DNA of 64,000 bases, taken from the NCBI RefSeq assembly GCF_036365525.1, contig NW_027141175.1, positions 2,356,001 through 2,420,000 on the forward strand. Reading direction: 5' to 3'. Every line of letters begins with the position of its first letter. Position 1 is the first letter of the stretch. Positions 1 to 12,199 of this stretch are shown here, one piece after another. The position numbers and the translations under genes are program-made. Under the pieces are notes generated by a model. The model did no database searches. It saw only the letters and a program-made list of their open reading frames with translations, and was not told the DNA's origin. The DNA comes from Heterodontus francisci. Its lineage: Eukaryota.

Positions 1-730
1 ACATAGAGAGAGACTGCAGAATGCTGCTGTACCAAGGAATCTGGGTGTCCAGGCACATGAATTACAAAAATGGTAGCATGAAGGTATAGCAAGTAATTAG
101 GAAGGCAAATGGAATGTTGGCATTTTTAGCAAGGGGAATGGAGTTTAAAAGTAAGGAAGTTTTGCTATAACTTTACAGGGCATTAGTGACATCCCAATTC
201 CATACAGTTTTGGTCTCCTTACATAAGGAGGAATATACTTGCATTGTAATCAGTTCAAAGAAGGTTCACTCGACTGATTGCTGGGATGTTGGATTGTCTT
301 ATGAGAAAAAGTTGAGCAGGTTGGGCCTATACTCACTGGAGTTTAGAAGATTGAGTGGTGATCTTATTGAAACCTGTAAGATTCTCAGTGGGCTGGACAG
401 GTAGATGTGGGGGATTATAGAATTAGGGGCCAGAGTTTAAGATAAGCAGTCTCTCTTTCAAGAAGGAGATGAGGAGGAATTTCTTCTCTGAGAGGGTTGT
501 TAATCTTTGGAATTCTGCTCTCCAGAGGACTGTGGAGGCTGTGTCATTGAATATATTCAACGCAGCGATAGACAGGTTTTTGATCGACAACAGAGTCAAT
601 GGTTATGGGGGCAGGCAGGAAAGTGAAGTTATGGCCACAATCAGAACAGCCATGATCTTATTGAGTGGCAGAGCAGGCTTGATGGGCCAAATGGTCTACT
701 CCTGTCCTATTTCGTATCTTCTTATGTTCT
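1..730 (+). mobile_element. CR1-clade LINE, degraded 3' part of ORF2 and 3' UTR
   Basis: ORF fragments LSRLGLYSLEFRRLSGDLIETCKIL and RRNFFSERVVNLWN are typical CR1 ORF2 C-terminal motifs; ends in a CR1-type 3' UTR. Paralogous to 29110-30170 and 39490-40560. Confidence 0.9.
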
Positions 731-732
731 TA

Positions 733-736
733 CACA

Positions 737-772
<36 letters not shown>
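733..772. repeat. (CA)n microsatellite
   Basis: Direct reading: acactcacacacacacac... Confidence 0.95.
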
Positions 773-773
<1 letters not shown>

Positions 774-779
774 CCAATG

Positions 780-1455
780 TGTGGCGGATCTAGAATTAAT
801 CCCACTTTCATACACAATACCAGTGACTGAAAGGTACAGAATTAATCCCACAGATAGATACAGTACCACCGACAGGTACAGAATGAATCCCATGCTCACA
901 GTCAGCACCCGGGATCGAAAGATACACGTGATTCCTGCCCTCACATAACAATATCAGACTGAGTTACAGAATGATTTACACATTCATACTGGGCACCAAT
1001 GACTGCGAATTAATTCATCCCACAATCACACACACTACCAAAGGCTGACAGATACAGAATTAATCCCACACTCCTATGTAGTAGCAAAGACTGACACATA
1101 CAAAATCATTCTCAAATACTCCGACAGTACCTGGCAGATTCAGTGACTGCCAAACTCACATAAATCACCAGAGACTGACAGATAAAGAATGAACTCACAC
1201 ACACACACAGAGATACTGACAGATATAGCTTGAATTCCACACATACAGAACCACTGACAGATTCAGACTGAGTCCCAAATCACATAACATTCCAGAGACT
1301 GACAGAATGAATCAAATACTCACACACAGTGCCACTGACAGAATGTATTCCACACTCACATAAAATACCGAAGACTGCCAGATACAGAATGTATCTCACA
1401 CTTACACAAAGTACCAGTGAGTGACAGGTACAGAATGAATCCCACATTCACACAT
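780..1455 (+). repeat. Degenerate ~41-bp tandem satellite (consensus approx. cagtaccagagactgacagatacagaatgaatcccacactcaca)
   Basis: Recurring gactgacagatacagaat...cccacactcac units; same unit recurs across the window. Confidence 0.8.
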
Positions 1456-1459
1456 GACG

Positions 1460-2078
1460 TTAGAGATGGACAGCCAAAAAACAATAAGACTGCCAGAATA
1501 GATAGAATTCACATCAAAATTCTAAAATATGGCAGAGAAACACTCGACACAAATACATGTCTCATTTCCCTCATCTGGAAGGAGGAGAGCATGACAGGGG
1601 ATCGCCGTGATGCGGTAATTGTGATCATCTTTAAAAAAAGTTGACACGACCGACTGTGTTAACTATAGAGGGGTATCCCTGCTGTCCACCACAGGGAAGG
1701 TCATCACAAGAGTCCTTCTCAACTGCCTCCTCCCCGTGGCTGAAGAGCTCCTACTGGAATCACAATGTGGATTCTGTCCATCAACAGGCACAGTGAACAT
1801 AATCTTCACAGCAAGACAACTTCAAGAAAATGTAGGGAGCAGCAGCAACTTTTATACATGGCCTTCTCTGACCTGACAAAGGCCTTCGACTCTACCAACC
1901 GAGAGGGATTATGGAATGTCCTCCTCAAACATACTGCACTACGACATGCAAGATGTAATCCTTGCCAACGGATCTATCACTGACCCTATCCGAGTGCAAA
2001 CTGGGGTCAAGTAAGGCTGTGTCATCGGCACCAATGCTCTTTTCCATCTTCCTTGCTGCAACACTCCACCTCATCTCC
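1460..2078 (+). mobile_element. RTE-clade LINE fragment (RT N-terminal region)
   Basis: Frames give ISLIWKEESMTGDRRDAVIVIIFKK and KCREQQQLLYMAFSDLTKAFDSTNREGLW; paralog of 32650-33300. Confidence 0.8.
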
Positions 2079-2369
2079 TCACACTCAAACACAGTACCTG
2101 ACAGAGACAGAATGAATCCATACAGCACCAGAGACTGAGTTACCAAATTACATAAAACACTCAAACACAGTAGCCTAGACTAAAAATGAAATTAATTGCA
2201 TACTCACATGCAATAGCAGAGACACAACGACACAGAATCAGTCAATAAGTGTCCTCCTAACAACAGCCAGGGCATTTCCAGGAAGCTCCACACAGGGAGC
2301 AGCTCTTTCAATATAAACTGGGGCTGGAGAGAGTCTTTGTGCAATATACTTCCTGATTTCAGTACGGGG

Positions 2370-2535
2370 ATTTGTGATTGGTTGCAAATATTTAATCTGA
2401 TTGGATGGCGAAAGAGACCAAATGTCGAATTACAATATTAAATCGTTGGGACATCATTCCAAATCACCCAATCACAATCTTTACTTTCCCCCATCCCTCA
2501 TTAGCATAGAGCTGTGGGATTGTCTATTTAATCCG
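2370..2535 (+). promoter_or_regulatory. H2B promoter: CCAAT boxes, octamer-like ATTAGCAT (2500-2507), TATA-like TATTTAA (2525-2531)
   Basis: CCAAT-octamer-TATA order matches vertebrate H2B promoters; conserved upstream of all four H2B copies. Confidence 0.8.
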
Positions 2536-2584
2536 CACTCGGAAGGGGTTTGGTTTATTTCTGTGTCTGAAATTGAAACTAAAG

Positions 2585-2962
2585 ATGGTTGAGGAGAAGA
2601 AGAAGGTAGCTGCTAAGAAGGGCGCCAAGAAAACTGTGAGCAAACCGTCAGCAAAGGGCGGTAAGAGGCGGAGAAAGTCGAGGAAGGAGAGTTACTCCAT
2701 CTCCATCTACAAAGTGATGAAGCAGGTTCACCCCGACACCGGCATCTCCTCCAAGGCCATGAGCATCATGAACTCGTTTGTGAACGATATTTTCGAGCGC
2801 ATCGCGGGTGAGGCTTCGCGCCTGGCCCATTACAACAAGCGCAGCACCATCAGCTCCCGGGAGATCCAGACCGCCGTGCGCCTGCTGCTGCCCGGGGAGC
2901 TGGCCAAGCACGCCGTGTCGGAAGGGACAAAGGCGGTGACCAAGTACACCAGCTCCAAGTAA
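2585..2962 (+). CDS. H2B: Histone H2B, replication-dependent type, 125 aa
   Basis: MVEEKKK...[27 protein letters not shown]...AVTKYTSSK; ATG at 2585; intronless; stem-loop downstream. Confidence 0.97.
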   Translation: MVEEKKKVAAKKGAKKTVSKPSAKGGKRRRKSRKESYSISIYKVMKQVHPDTGISSKAMSIMNSFVNDIFERIAGEASRLAHYNKRSTISSREIQTAVRLLLPGELAKHAVSEGTKAVTKYTSSK

Positions 2963-2999
2963 AACTGCACAATGGACTGAATAACATCCCAAACACAAC

Positions 3000-3040
3000 G
3001 GCTCTTTTAAGAGCCACCCACAATCTCTCTGAAAAAGCTG
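3000..3040 (+). terminator. Histone 3' stem-loop GGCTCTTTTAAGAGCC (3000-3015) plus purine-rich HDE
   Basis: 6-bp stem, 4-nt loop, followed by ACCCA; gaaaaagctg about 15 nt downstream. Confidence 0.95.
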
Positions 3041-3635
3041 CATCCGAACATCTCTATGAAATCATTTTAAGACAATGTGTAACATAATAAATGTCCCACT
3101 GCTGTGTTTTTGTCTGCTGTCCCATAAACCGAACTCAAACCCATAATCCGCTCATCCGCCTTTACTTTTTTGCTTAAAGCTGTTATTGTGGTTTTGCACA
3201 GCCCCTGAATGACCGCATTAACAGCTGCTTTCAGCGGTAAGGGTCAGACCTCAGTCCCTTCACCCTATTCCTGAAATGTGAACTGATTCATCATTTTATT
3301 GACAGTAACTCTCCGCAGTGTTACTGCCCGGAATGGGATTATTACACAGCAGACTAAGGGCTGTTTGAGGACTCGATCCTGCTTCCTCTTTTCAGAGAAG
3401 GACACTGATTGAAGATAAACTGAATGTTTCCCTTCAGGGAAATGCTGTGAACAGGGATTTAGTACCTCCCGGGACAGTTTGAAAGCAATTGTAGAAAGAT
3501 CCACAATTTAAATAACATTTTAAACCCGCGTCTGTAATTCGTGACGGAAAAAGTTGAATAAAACAAAATAAAGAGAAGGGATTTTAAATATTTGACGAAG
3601 GATGACATTTATTTTAATCCGCTCCTTTCTGACAA

Positions 3636-3800
3636 TGAAATTGGCGGTCTTTTTGAAATTGACAAATTTTCTGCTTCTGATGTTTTGGCGGTAAACCCCG
3701 CCCTCTTCTGTTGTCAGTGACCTGATTGGTGAAGAATATAGGCAAATGAGGTGAAATAAGTACCGGCCAATGGGGAGAGTTTTCAGTCGATAAGTGAAGT
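3636..3800 (+). promoter_or_regulatory. H2A promoter: GGCGG-N4-TTTGAA (CDE/CHR-like), GC box, CCAAT boxes
   Basis: tgaaattGGCGGtcttTTTGAA at 3636-3657; ccccgccc; gattggt; ccaat; conserved at ~56979-57140. Confidence 0.65.
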
Positions 3801-3802
3801 AA

Positions 3803-4243
<441 letters not shown>

Positions 4244-4273
4244 AGCGGCCAAAATGTCACCTAATAAACCAAA

Positions 4274-4314
4274 GGCTCTTTTCAGAGCCACCCACAGTCT
4301 CTGTGAAAGGGCTG
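4274..4314 (+). terminator. Histone 3' stem-loop GGCTCTTTTCAGAGCC (4274-4289) plus HDE
   Basis: Canonical stem-loop, ACCCA, then gaaagggctg. Confidence 0.95.
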
Positions 4315-5305
4315 ATTACTGTCTGATTCCAGAATGCCAGTAACAGGACCGAATGAGAACTATTTCAACTGTTTAAGCATCTGTTTCAGTGATTTCTCAC
4401 TGTCACCCCAAAGCCTGTCTAATTTATTACTTCCACACTGAGTGAGTTATTTGTCCCGTTACAGATTGCTGAATAGAGTCTTACCGCCATGTACAGATAA
4501 GTAGACAAAAAATTACAGATTAAAACTTCGTAATGTATATAATCCATCAAAAGCATTTTTTATTCCGCTTTTATCAGCACAAAGTCCTGGCCCGATTATA
4601 CGAACAGCTTTAAACTAACGCCAGATTTACCATTAATTCGCTTCTTTCCGACACTGAAATTGACGGCTTTTTCGAATTCAAACTTTCTGCCAATTTAAGC
4701 CAGTGATTTGCTGTATTTTCTAATTCGAGGCTCTGCGATTGGTTAAGACATGTAAATGAGACGTGGGTGACCAATCAGAAGTGGGCTCTGGACAGCGCGG
4801 GCTCAAATTGCGAGAATTCCAGGTCCCTGAATGACTGAGCTGAAACTGATCAGTTTCACAAACCCTGTCAGTTTCAGTGCAGGAAACACCGTCTCGGGGG
4901 AAATAACATCACAAGTGGGTCTGGTTCCAGTGAACGATTTAACGGCTGCTGCAAAACTCCCGGATTCTCTCATTGCAGCGAAATCATTTTGAAATTCTAT
5001 GAAAACAATGAGTGATTCTGGAGGAGTGATGTGGCTTTTCACTGAGGGCATGTGTGGACTGGGAAATAACTAACTGGAGAGTCTCGGGCACTGTTTACAC
5101 AGCCCGTTTAGAAAATCAAATCCACTACACATCCTTGCTGCAAATGAAATGTCAAATTCGGGGATTCCAGTTTTTTTCATCCCGAACACAGCAGATTGAT
5201 TGAACAAAGAATTAAAAGTAAAATACTGCGAATGCTGGAAATCTGAAATATTTCAGATTGATTGAACTGTTCTGAACAGCCTATCCCAGCTCCCATCTCT
5301 CGGTC

Positions 5306-5347
5306 ACTGCTCTCTCTGTGAGGCGGTGGGTGGCTCTTAGAAGAGCC
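5306..5347 (-). terminator. Histone 3' stem-loop GGCTCTTCTAAGAGCC (5332-5347) plus HDE of H4
   Basis: Reverse complement reads aaaGGCTCTTCTAAGAGCCaccca...gagagagcag. Confidence 0.93.
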
Positions 5348-5381
5348 TTTGTTCTGTGTTTGCTGGAAAGGGTCAAATTGT

Positions 5382-5702
<321 letters not shown>

Positions 5703-5749
5703 TCACTCAGGTCACTACACAATATAAGAAGCAGACTCTTGCAGGCTCT

Positions 5750-5940
5750 ACTTTATACAGACTGCCCGGCCGGACCTGCCTGAGAATGGGAGAGAGAGAG
5801 CAGGAAGGGGAGGAGACAGAGTGAAGATTGAACATGGAGCAGATGGGGAGGAGACACCCAGAGTGACAGACGGAGACAGAACGGCCCCTCATCTTTCAGC
5901 TCCACCTCCAGTTTTCTCTGGTTCGCCAATTTCAAACCCT
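5750..5940 (-). promoter_or_regulatory. H4 promoter: TATAAA (5752-5757), GGTCCG site II/HiNF-P-like (5771-5776), distal TTTGAAATTGGCG (5924-5936)
   Basis: Motifs read on minus strand; GGTCC upstream of TATA is the known H4 subtype element; conserved at 60794-60965. Confidence 0.7.
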
Positions 5941-7071
5941 TTATTAACAGTGGAACCGAAACCCAGCTCTCCACACAAACCCTTCCAGACTCGGCCTTCA
6001 TAGTCAAGGCTTTCCAGAAAGCCGGAGCTTTTAAATATGGTTCCGCTACAATTAACACTCAGTAATATTCCCACCTAAACACAGTCCATTCTATAACAAA
6101 TAACCTACTCAGTAACATCACCATTTCCACACACATCCTCTTCCAGCAGTTTACAAACACCTTATTGCAGCCGTTTGGGGAATCTCCTGTGTTAAGATTG
6201 GAGTTGGAAAGCGGCCTTTATCGGCAGTGTTACCGTCTCACACTGAATCTGCCAGACATCCTGTTGATCTGTCTCGTTCCCCTCTGTCTCTCTTGACTAT
6301 TACATGGCACGGGTAGTATTTCAGAAAGTACTGCAATGGAGGGAGTGCTGGAGACTCCAGGCCAATCCTGGAGGGATGGGGGAAATATCTTTAGAAATTC
6401 CCTGGAGAGAATCGTGATATGACAGGTCTCCAGGGACAGACCAAGGAGAGAGTGTGGACATTGAATGGAAACATGGCAAAAAGGGTTGGGGATTCAGGAA
6501 CACAATCCTCTCTGATAGGTTACAGCCTCCCCTCTGCTCCTGCTCTTTACGAGACACTTTTCCAGTTTAAATTCATGGACAAGGTGGGTTAGTTGCTCTC
6601 AGGGTGGGTGGGGGGAGAGGAGCCTCAGTGGCCATGGGTGGGACAGGGAAAATGGAGACAGAGAACCAGGACTCCGGTCACTCCCCAGCGATGTCTGCTG
6701 GAAAGTATCTGTGGATCGGATGATGCCGGGGTCCCATGGAGAGGGGAAGGGGGTGGGGTGATGGAGTGAGGAGGTGGAGAGGGAGTGTTCGTGGTGTCAC
6801 AGCCAACCCCCTGCCCAAACCAAACTCCCACATCCCAGCATTATATTGTCCAATTCCTGGAGGCGGAGGATGGCGATTCCCGTTGGATTAATTTCTCATG
6901 TTCGGCATCTTATCCTGATAAAATCACCAGTTCTGAAGGAGGCCATTCTGTACTTATTCTCAGGTCATCGAGGGGTCATCTTTCCCTTTTCAGCTCCTGA
7001 CTGCTGGTATTTTTGCTGTTAAATATGAAATGCAACGTATGTTCGCAGCTGTTTCTGCCCTGTTGCAGCCA

Positions 7072-7345
7072 TAGGAACATAGAAATGAGGGTAGGCCATT
7101 CAGCCCCTCGAGCCTGCTGCACCTTTCAATTAGATCCTGGCTCACCTGTATCTTAACTCCAGCTACCTACCTCATAAACCCTCAGACCATCACTGGATAA
7201 ACATCTCTCAATCTCAGGTTGGAAATTGTCAATTGACCCTCAGGTTTATCTGATTTTTCGGAGAGAATTCCAGGTTCCCACTCCCCTTTGTGTGAAAAAG
7301 TGCTTCCCGGCAATATTCCTGAAAGGCAGAAATCTAATTTTTGAG
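7072..7345 (-). mobile_element. CR1 3'-end fragment
   Basis: aacatagaaatgagggtaggccattcagcccctcgagcctgc is a reverse-complement CR1 tail; duplicated at 63920-64000. Confidence 0.7.
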
Positions 7346-7499
7346 TTCGCTCCCTTTGTTGTGGAACTGCTTGTTTACAGATCTGACCGAAGTCCACACT
7401 GCAGAACAAGCAGCTGTTCCTCTGATCCTGTCACTTCAGCTTTGGATTTGAAGCTCATGCCTCTTTCCATGATGATTCTTTGTGCCCTATCTCTGTAAA

Positions 7500-7980
7500 T
7501 GGTTATGCCTGTCTTTTTGTCAGGTATGTCAAACATTCTTTTTTCCAGTCCTACTCAGGACCCCACCCCCAGCTCTTTTTCCGGTACAATGATGACTGGA
7601 TCAGTGTCATTTCCTGCTCCCGCTCCGAACTGGAAAATTTCATCAACATCGTTTCCGATTTCCCCCTCACTGTGGTTGACAGGGCGCTCAACCCTTTTTA
7701 TTATTTTATTTTATCATTTTTTTTAACCATGTGCCTGCCTTAAACTTGGTTTTTCAAGTATGTGCTTTTGGACAGAACTATTGATTATTCTGTCATTAAC
7801 ACTCTCTCTGCACTAATATTTTGTCTTTCACTACACCATTAGCACACTCCCTTTGCCTTTGCCCCATGACCTCCTTGTCAGTTAATCTCTCCTGCCCTCT
7901 GCCCTATTACACACCTTCCCTTTTGTTCTCTTCCCCACCTCCTCCCACCCCCGCTTCACTTGCTTAAAACCTATTACATT
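7500..7980 (+). mobile_element. Penelope-like element fragment (RT core remnant plus downstream repeat)
   Basis: YACLFVRYVKHSFFQSYSGPHPQLFFRYNDDWISVISCSRSELENFIN resembles the Penelope RT YxDD region. Confidence 0.7.
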
Positions 7981-9440
7981 GAGTGTGGGACAAATTCAAT
8001 CCATCTTTTGTACTGTATGAGATTAATTTTGACACACTTACTGGTACATTATGTGACAGCGAGTTTAATTCTATATCTATCTGTCTGTGGTACTGTGTCT
8101 GAGTGTGAGATTATTTCAGTGTCAGTCTATGAAACTAAATGTGATTGTTTGATTCATTCTGTATGTCAATCATGAGTATTGTATGTGAATGTGTGGCAGC
8201 TTCTGTATCTATCTGCTACTGTGGCTGAATGTGGATATCATTCGGTATCTGTCAGTGTCTGGAACTAAATGTGAGTGTGAGATTCATTGTGTATGCATCA
8301 ATCTTACAGTCAGAATGTGACTGTATGGTTCATTCTCTATGTGTCAGTCTAAGGTACCATATATGCCAGTGGTTTTAATTATGTGTCTGTCATTGCATGT
8401 GAGTCATTTTATGGTCTCACTGTATATCTGTCAATCTCTGGTTCTTTCTGTGAGAGTGAGATTAATTCTCTATCTGCTGGTCTCTGAAATTAATTGATTT
8501 TGTGACTCACTCTGTGCCTGTCAGTCTATGATACTGTGAATAAGAGGGGAATATATATGGTGTCTGTCTGAACTTGGTATCGAGTATGATTGTAGGATTC
8601 ATTGTGCATCTATCAGTATCCAGACTGAATGAGAAATAAGGTTCATTCTGTACGTGAAAATCTCTGGTATTCTAGCCACGTGAACTCGAATGTGCCTGTC
8701 AGTCTTTGACACTGTATCTGATTATGGGATTGACTCAATACCTTTCAGACTTTGGTACTATGCATATGTGTGGTTCAAGTTCTGCATGTCAGTCTCTGTT
8801 ACTCCATGTGAGTGTCGATATCCTTTATGTATCTGTCAGTCTCTCGCAATGAATGCAAGTGTGGGATTAACTCTCTTTTCAACAGTATCTGGTACTGACT
8901 GTGAGCATGTGACTCCTACAGTATCTGTCAGTGTTTTCTATTGTATGTGAATGTGCAATTCCTCCTATGTCTTTCAGTGCCTAGTACAGTGTGTATGGGA
9001 TTCATTCTGTACCTGTCAGTATCTGGTACTGAATGAGATTGTGGGATTCATTCTGTTGTCTGTCAATCTCTGCTAATGTACGTGAGTGATATCTGTTATG
9101 CATATATTATTTTCTGGTACTGGAAGTGTATATTGTATTTATTCTTTACTTGTTAGCCTCTGGTACCGCGTATGAGTATGGGTCTCATTCTGTATCAGTC
9201 AGTTTCTGGTACAGTCTGCGTGCGCATATCCACGGCTCATTTTGCATTTGGCAGTCTCTGGTACGAAATATGCGTTACAATTCATTTTGTATGTGTCTGT
9301 CTCTTGGACAGTCCATTACAGTGGGATTAATTTTGTACCTCTCAGCTGCTGGTTATGTCTGCAAGTGTACATTCTGTATCTATGTGACGCTGGTGCTGTA
9401 TGAGTGTGGAATTCTTCTGTACCTGTACTTAATATGTATC
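7980..9440 (-). repeat. Degenerate ~41-bp satellite array, reverse orientation
   Basis: Repeated tgtgggattcattctgtatctgtcagtctctggtactg-like units. Confidence 0.8.
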
Positions 9441-9899
9441 TACGGGATGGTATTGAGAACTATTTGTTTAATGCCATAATGTATCACCATTTTCTTGTCT
9501 CACTAGTATTTTAAAATATAGATCACTGCACATTTTAACTGTGTGTATTACTGAGTTGTGGTTTGAGCTTTTTGGACTAGTATTCAGTCTGTAACTGTAT
9601 GAACACATTTGTGAATGACAACATATATTTCAAACTCACACATGGCATGCTCAGTATAATCAGAATCATTCAATTGATAAGATATCATTCAGTACAGCTC
9701 TTGGAGAGATTATTGGATTGGTATGTAATGTGCAGTGCAGTGTGCACTAATTGACATAATACTGTAACTTTCCTTTTGATACTGTATCAGATGTTTGTAC
9801 TACATTGTAATCTGTCACTCAGTCTGCAGTCTGGGCTACATTATTAGGATTCATTCTGTACCTTTCCATCAGCTGCTCTACCTCATATTTAATTTGTAG

Positions 9900-10560
9900 C
9901 TGAGGGTGCACTCTTGTGGGATTGATCCGGTGCTTTTCAATATGATAGTGGGTGTGATTTTGAACTAAGATTGATGTACCTAGCTTTCAGCAGTACTGAG
10001 TTGGGGTGAATTGGAAACAACTTCTGCCTCTCTTGCTTTGTTTGATTGTCTGCTGGATTGAAAATGTGTCTCTGGAACTTGGGATCAGTGTGAGTCTGAC
10101 TGCTTCTGCTCTCTGTGACTGTGGAACTCATGGCCTGTCTGTGTCTCTGAGCTCTGGGAGTGATAATGTACCTACTCTGTGTTAGAAGGAGTGGACTGTA
10201 CATATCCTTGTGCCGGGGAATCATCACAATCCTTCTGGTTCCTTCAAGTATTTGCTGACAGAAAGAAAGAAAAATATCTCTTGTAACTCAAGATCAATTG
10301 AGGTGGAAGCTCGAAAAGACATGAATATACTATTTCAATTAATAATCATTATGACCAACCACAAAGGATGATCAGTAATACAAAGAGTGTCAGTGTCTGA
10401 TTCCACTGCAGCACTCAGCTTCTGCTGATCAGGTTTTCTTTGGTAGTTTTATAACAATTTAGTGGCAGCCAGGAACAACCCAACATCTGCACTGCTCCAT
10501 GAATGGGAATACCTGCTGGAGCAGGGATATTTGCACAAGTCAAGTTTTTAATTCCACCTG
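9900..10560 (+). repeat. Unclassified ~500-600 bp dispersed repeat ('R600'); other copies 24060-24600(+), 26490-27120(+), 27730-28230(-), 41820-42320(+), 42920-43342(-)
   Basis: Shared blocks actgagttggggtgaa, gattgaaaatgtgtctctggaacttgggatca, aattaataatcattatga, ttccactgcag. Confidence 0.8.
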
Positions 10561-11659
10561 GCATTATAATGCAAGAACATAATAACTAGGAGCAGGATTA
10601 GTCCATTCCGCCACTCGAGTCTGTTCCAACATTTAATAAGATCATGGCAGATCTGATCATAGTCTCAACTCCACTATCCTGCCTGTCCCAATAACACTTC
10701 ACTCCCTTGTAAATCAAAAGTCAGTCTAACTCAGCCTTGAATATATTCAATGACCAGCTTCCACCATCCTCTTGGGTAGAGAATTCCAAAGAACAACAAC
10801 CCTTTGAGAGAAGAAATTCCTCTTCAATTCCATCGAAAATGGGTGCCCCCTTATGTTGAAACTGTTCCCCCTAGTTCTTGATTCCCTCATGAGGGGAAAC
10901 ATCATCTTAGTTAATACCCTGTCAAGCCCCTTCAGTATCTTATATGTTACATAAGATCACCTCTCATTCTTCTAAACTCCAATGAGTGCAGCACAACCAG
11001 GTCAAACGTTCCTCATAAGACAACATCTTCATCCCTGGAATCAACCTAGTGATGTTTGCCTGAACTACCTCCAATGCAAGTATTTTCCTCCTTAAATAAG
11101 GAGACCAAAACTGTATACACACTCAAGGTGTGGTCTCACCAACACGCTGTACAGTTGTAGCAAGACTTCCCTACATTTCTACTCCATCCCCATTGCAATA
11201 AAGGCCAAAATTCCAATAGCCTTCCTAATTACTTGCTGTACTTCCATGCTAACTTTTTGTGATTCATATAAGAGGACACTCAGATCCCTCTATACCACAG
11301 CATTCTGCAGTCTCTCCTTATTTAAATAATATTCTTCTTTTCTCTACATCATACCAAAGTGGATAACCTCACATTTTCCCACATTATACTTAAAATGCCA
11401 AATTTTACCCACACACTTAACTTGTCTTTATCTCTTTGCAGACTCATTGTGTCCTCCGCACAACTTGCTTTCACACCTTTCTTTGTATCAACAGCAAATT
11501 TAGTTACAATACACTCGATCCCTTCATCCAAATCATTAATATAGACTGGAAGTAGTTGAGGCCCCAGCACTGATCCCTGTGACACTCCACGAGTTCCAGT
11601 TTGCAAACCTGAAAATGACACATTAATCCTAATTCTCTGTTTCTTGTTAGTAAGCATGT

Positions 11660-11968
11660 ACCAGCGACCTGGGTTCGATTCTGGGTACTACCTGTGCAGA
11701 GTTTGCAAGTTTTCCCTGTGACCGCGTGGGTTTTCGCCGGGTGCTCCGGTTTCCTCCCACAGCCAAAGACTTGCATTTTGATAGGTAAATTGGCCGTTAT
11801 AAATTGCCCCTAGTATAGGTAGGTGGTAGGGGAATTGAGGGAAGTTGGGGATGTGAGAGGGTAATGGGATTAATGTAGGATTAGTATAAATGGGTGGTTG
11901 ATGGTCAGCACGGACTCGGTGGCTGAAGGGCCTGTTTCAGTACTGTATCTCTAAATAAATTAAATAAA
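11660..11968 (+). mobile_element. tRNA-derived V-domain SINE (HE1-like), 5'-truncated
   Basis: B-box ggttcgattc, V-domain gggttttcgccgggtgctccggtttcctcccac, CR1-like tail, (taaa)n end. Confidence 0.85.
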
Positions 11969-12199
11969 TAGTATAGTACCCGTTAACACCACAAGTGCTT
12001 ACCTTGTGTAGTAACATTTTGCATGGCACTTTAGCGAATGCCTTTTTAAAATACAAATACACTACATCTACTGGTTCCCCTTCAGTTACCCTGCTTCTTA
12101 CATCCTCAAAGAACGCGAATAATGTTGACAAACTTGATTTCCTTTTCATAAATCCATGTTGACTCTGCATGATTGTATTATAATTTTCTAAATGTTCTA

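Noticed and set aside
2573-2584. N-terminal extensions in the ORF track (MKLK-, MRWKLS-, MK-)
   Set aside because: Mostly non-ATG starts or starts at or before the likely TSS; the canonical ATG follows TATA at normal spacing.
4263-4268. AATAAA just upstream of the H2A stem-loop, suggesting dual 3' processing
   Set aside because: Not conserved in copy B (AATAAC) and lies upstream of the stem-loop.
6248-6259. tctgccagacat matching the H4 start on the minus strand
   Set aside because: Only 12 bp, no further H4 similarity, and altered in copy B; likely chance.
6774-7022. ORF similar to 63275-63811 (IPVGLISHVRHLILIKSPVLKEAILYLFSGH)
   Set aside because: Similarity is explained by the segmental duplication; frames differ upstream and no domain is recognisable.
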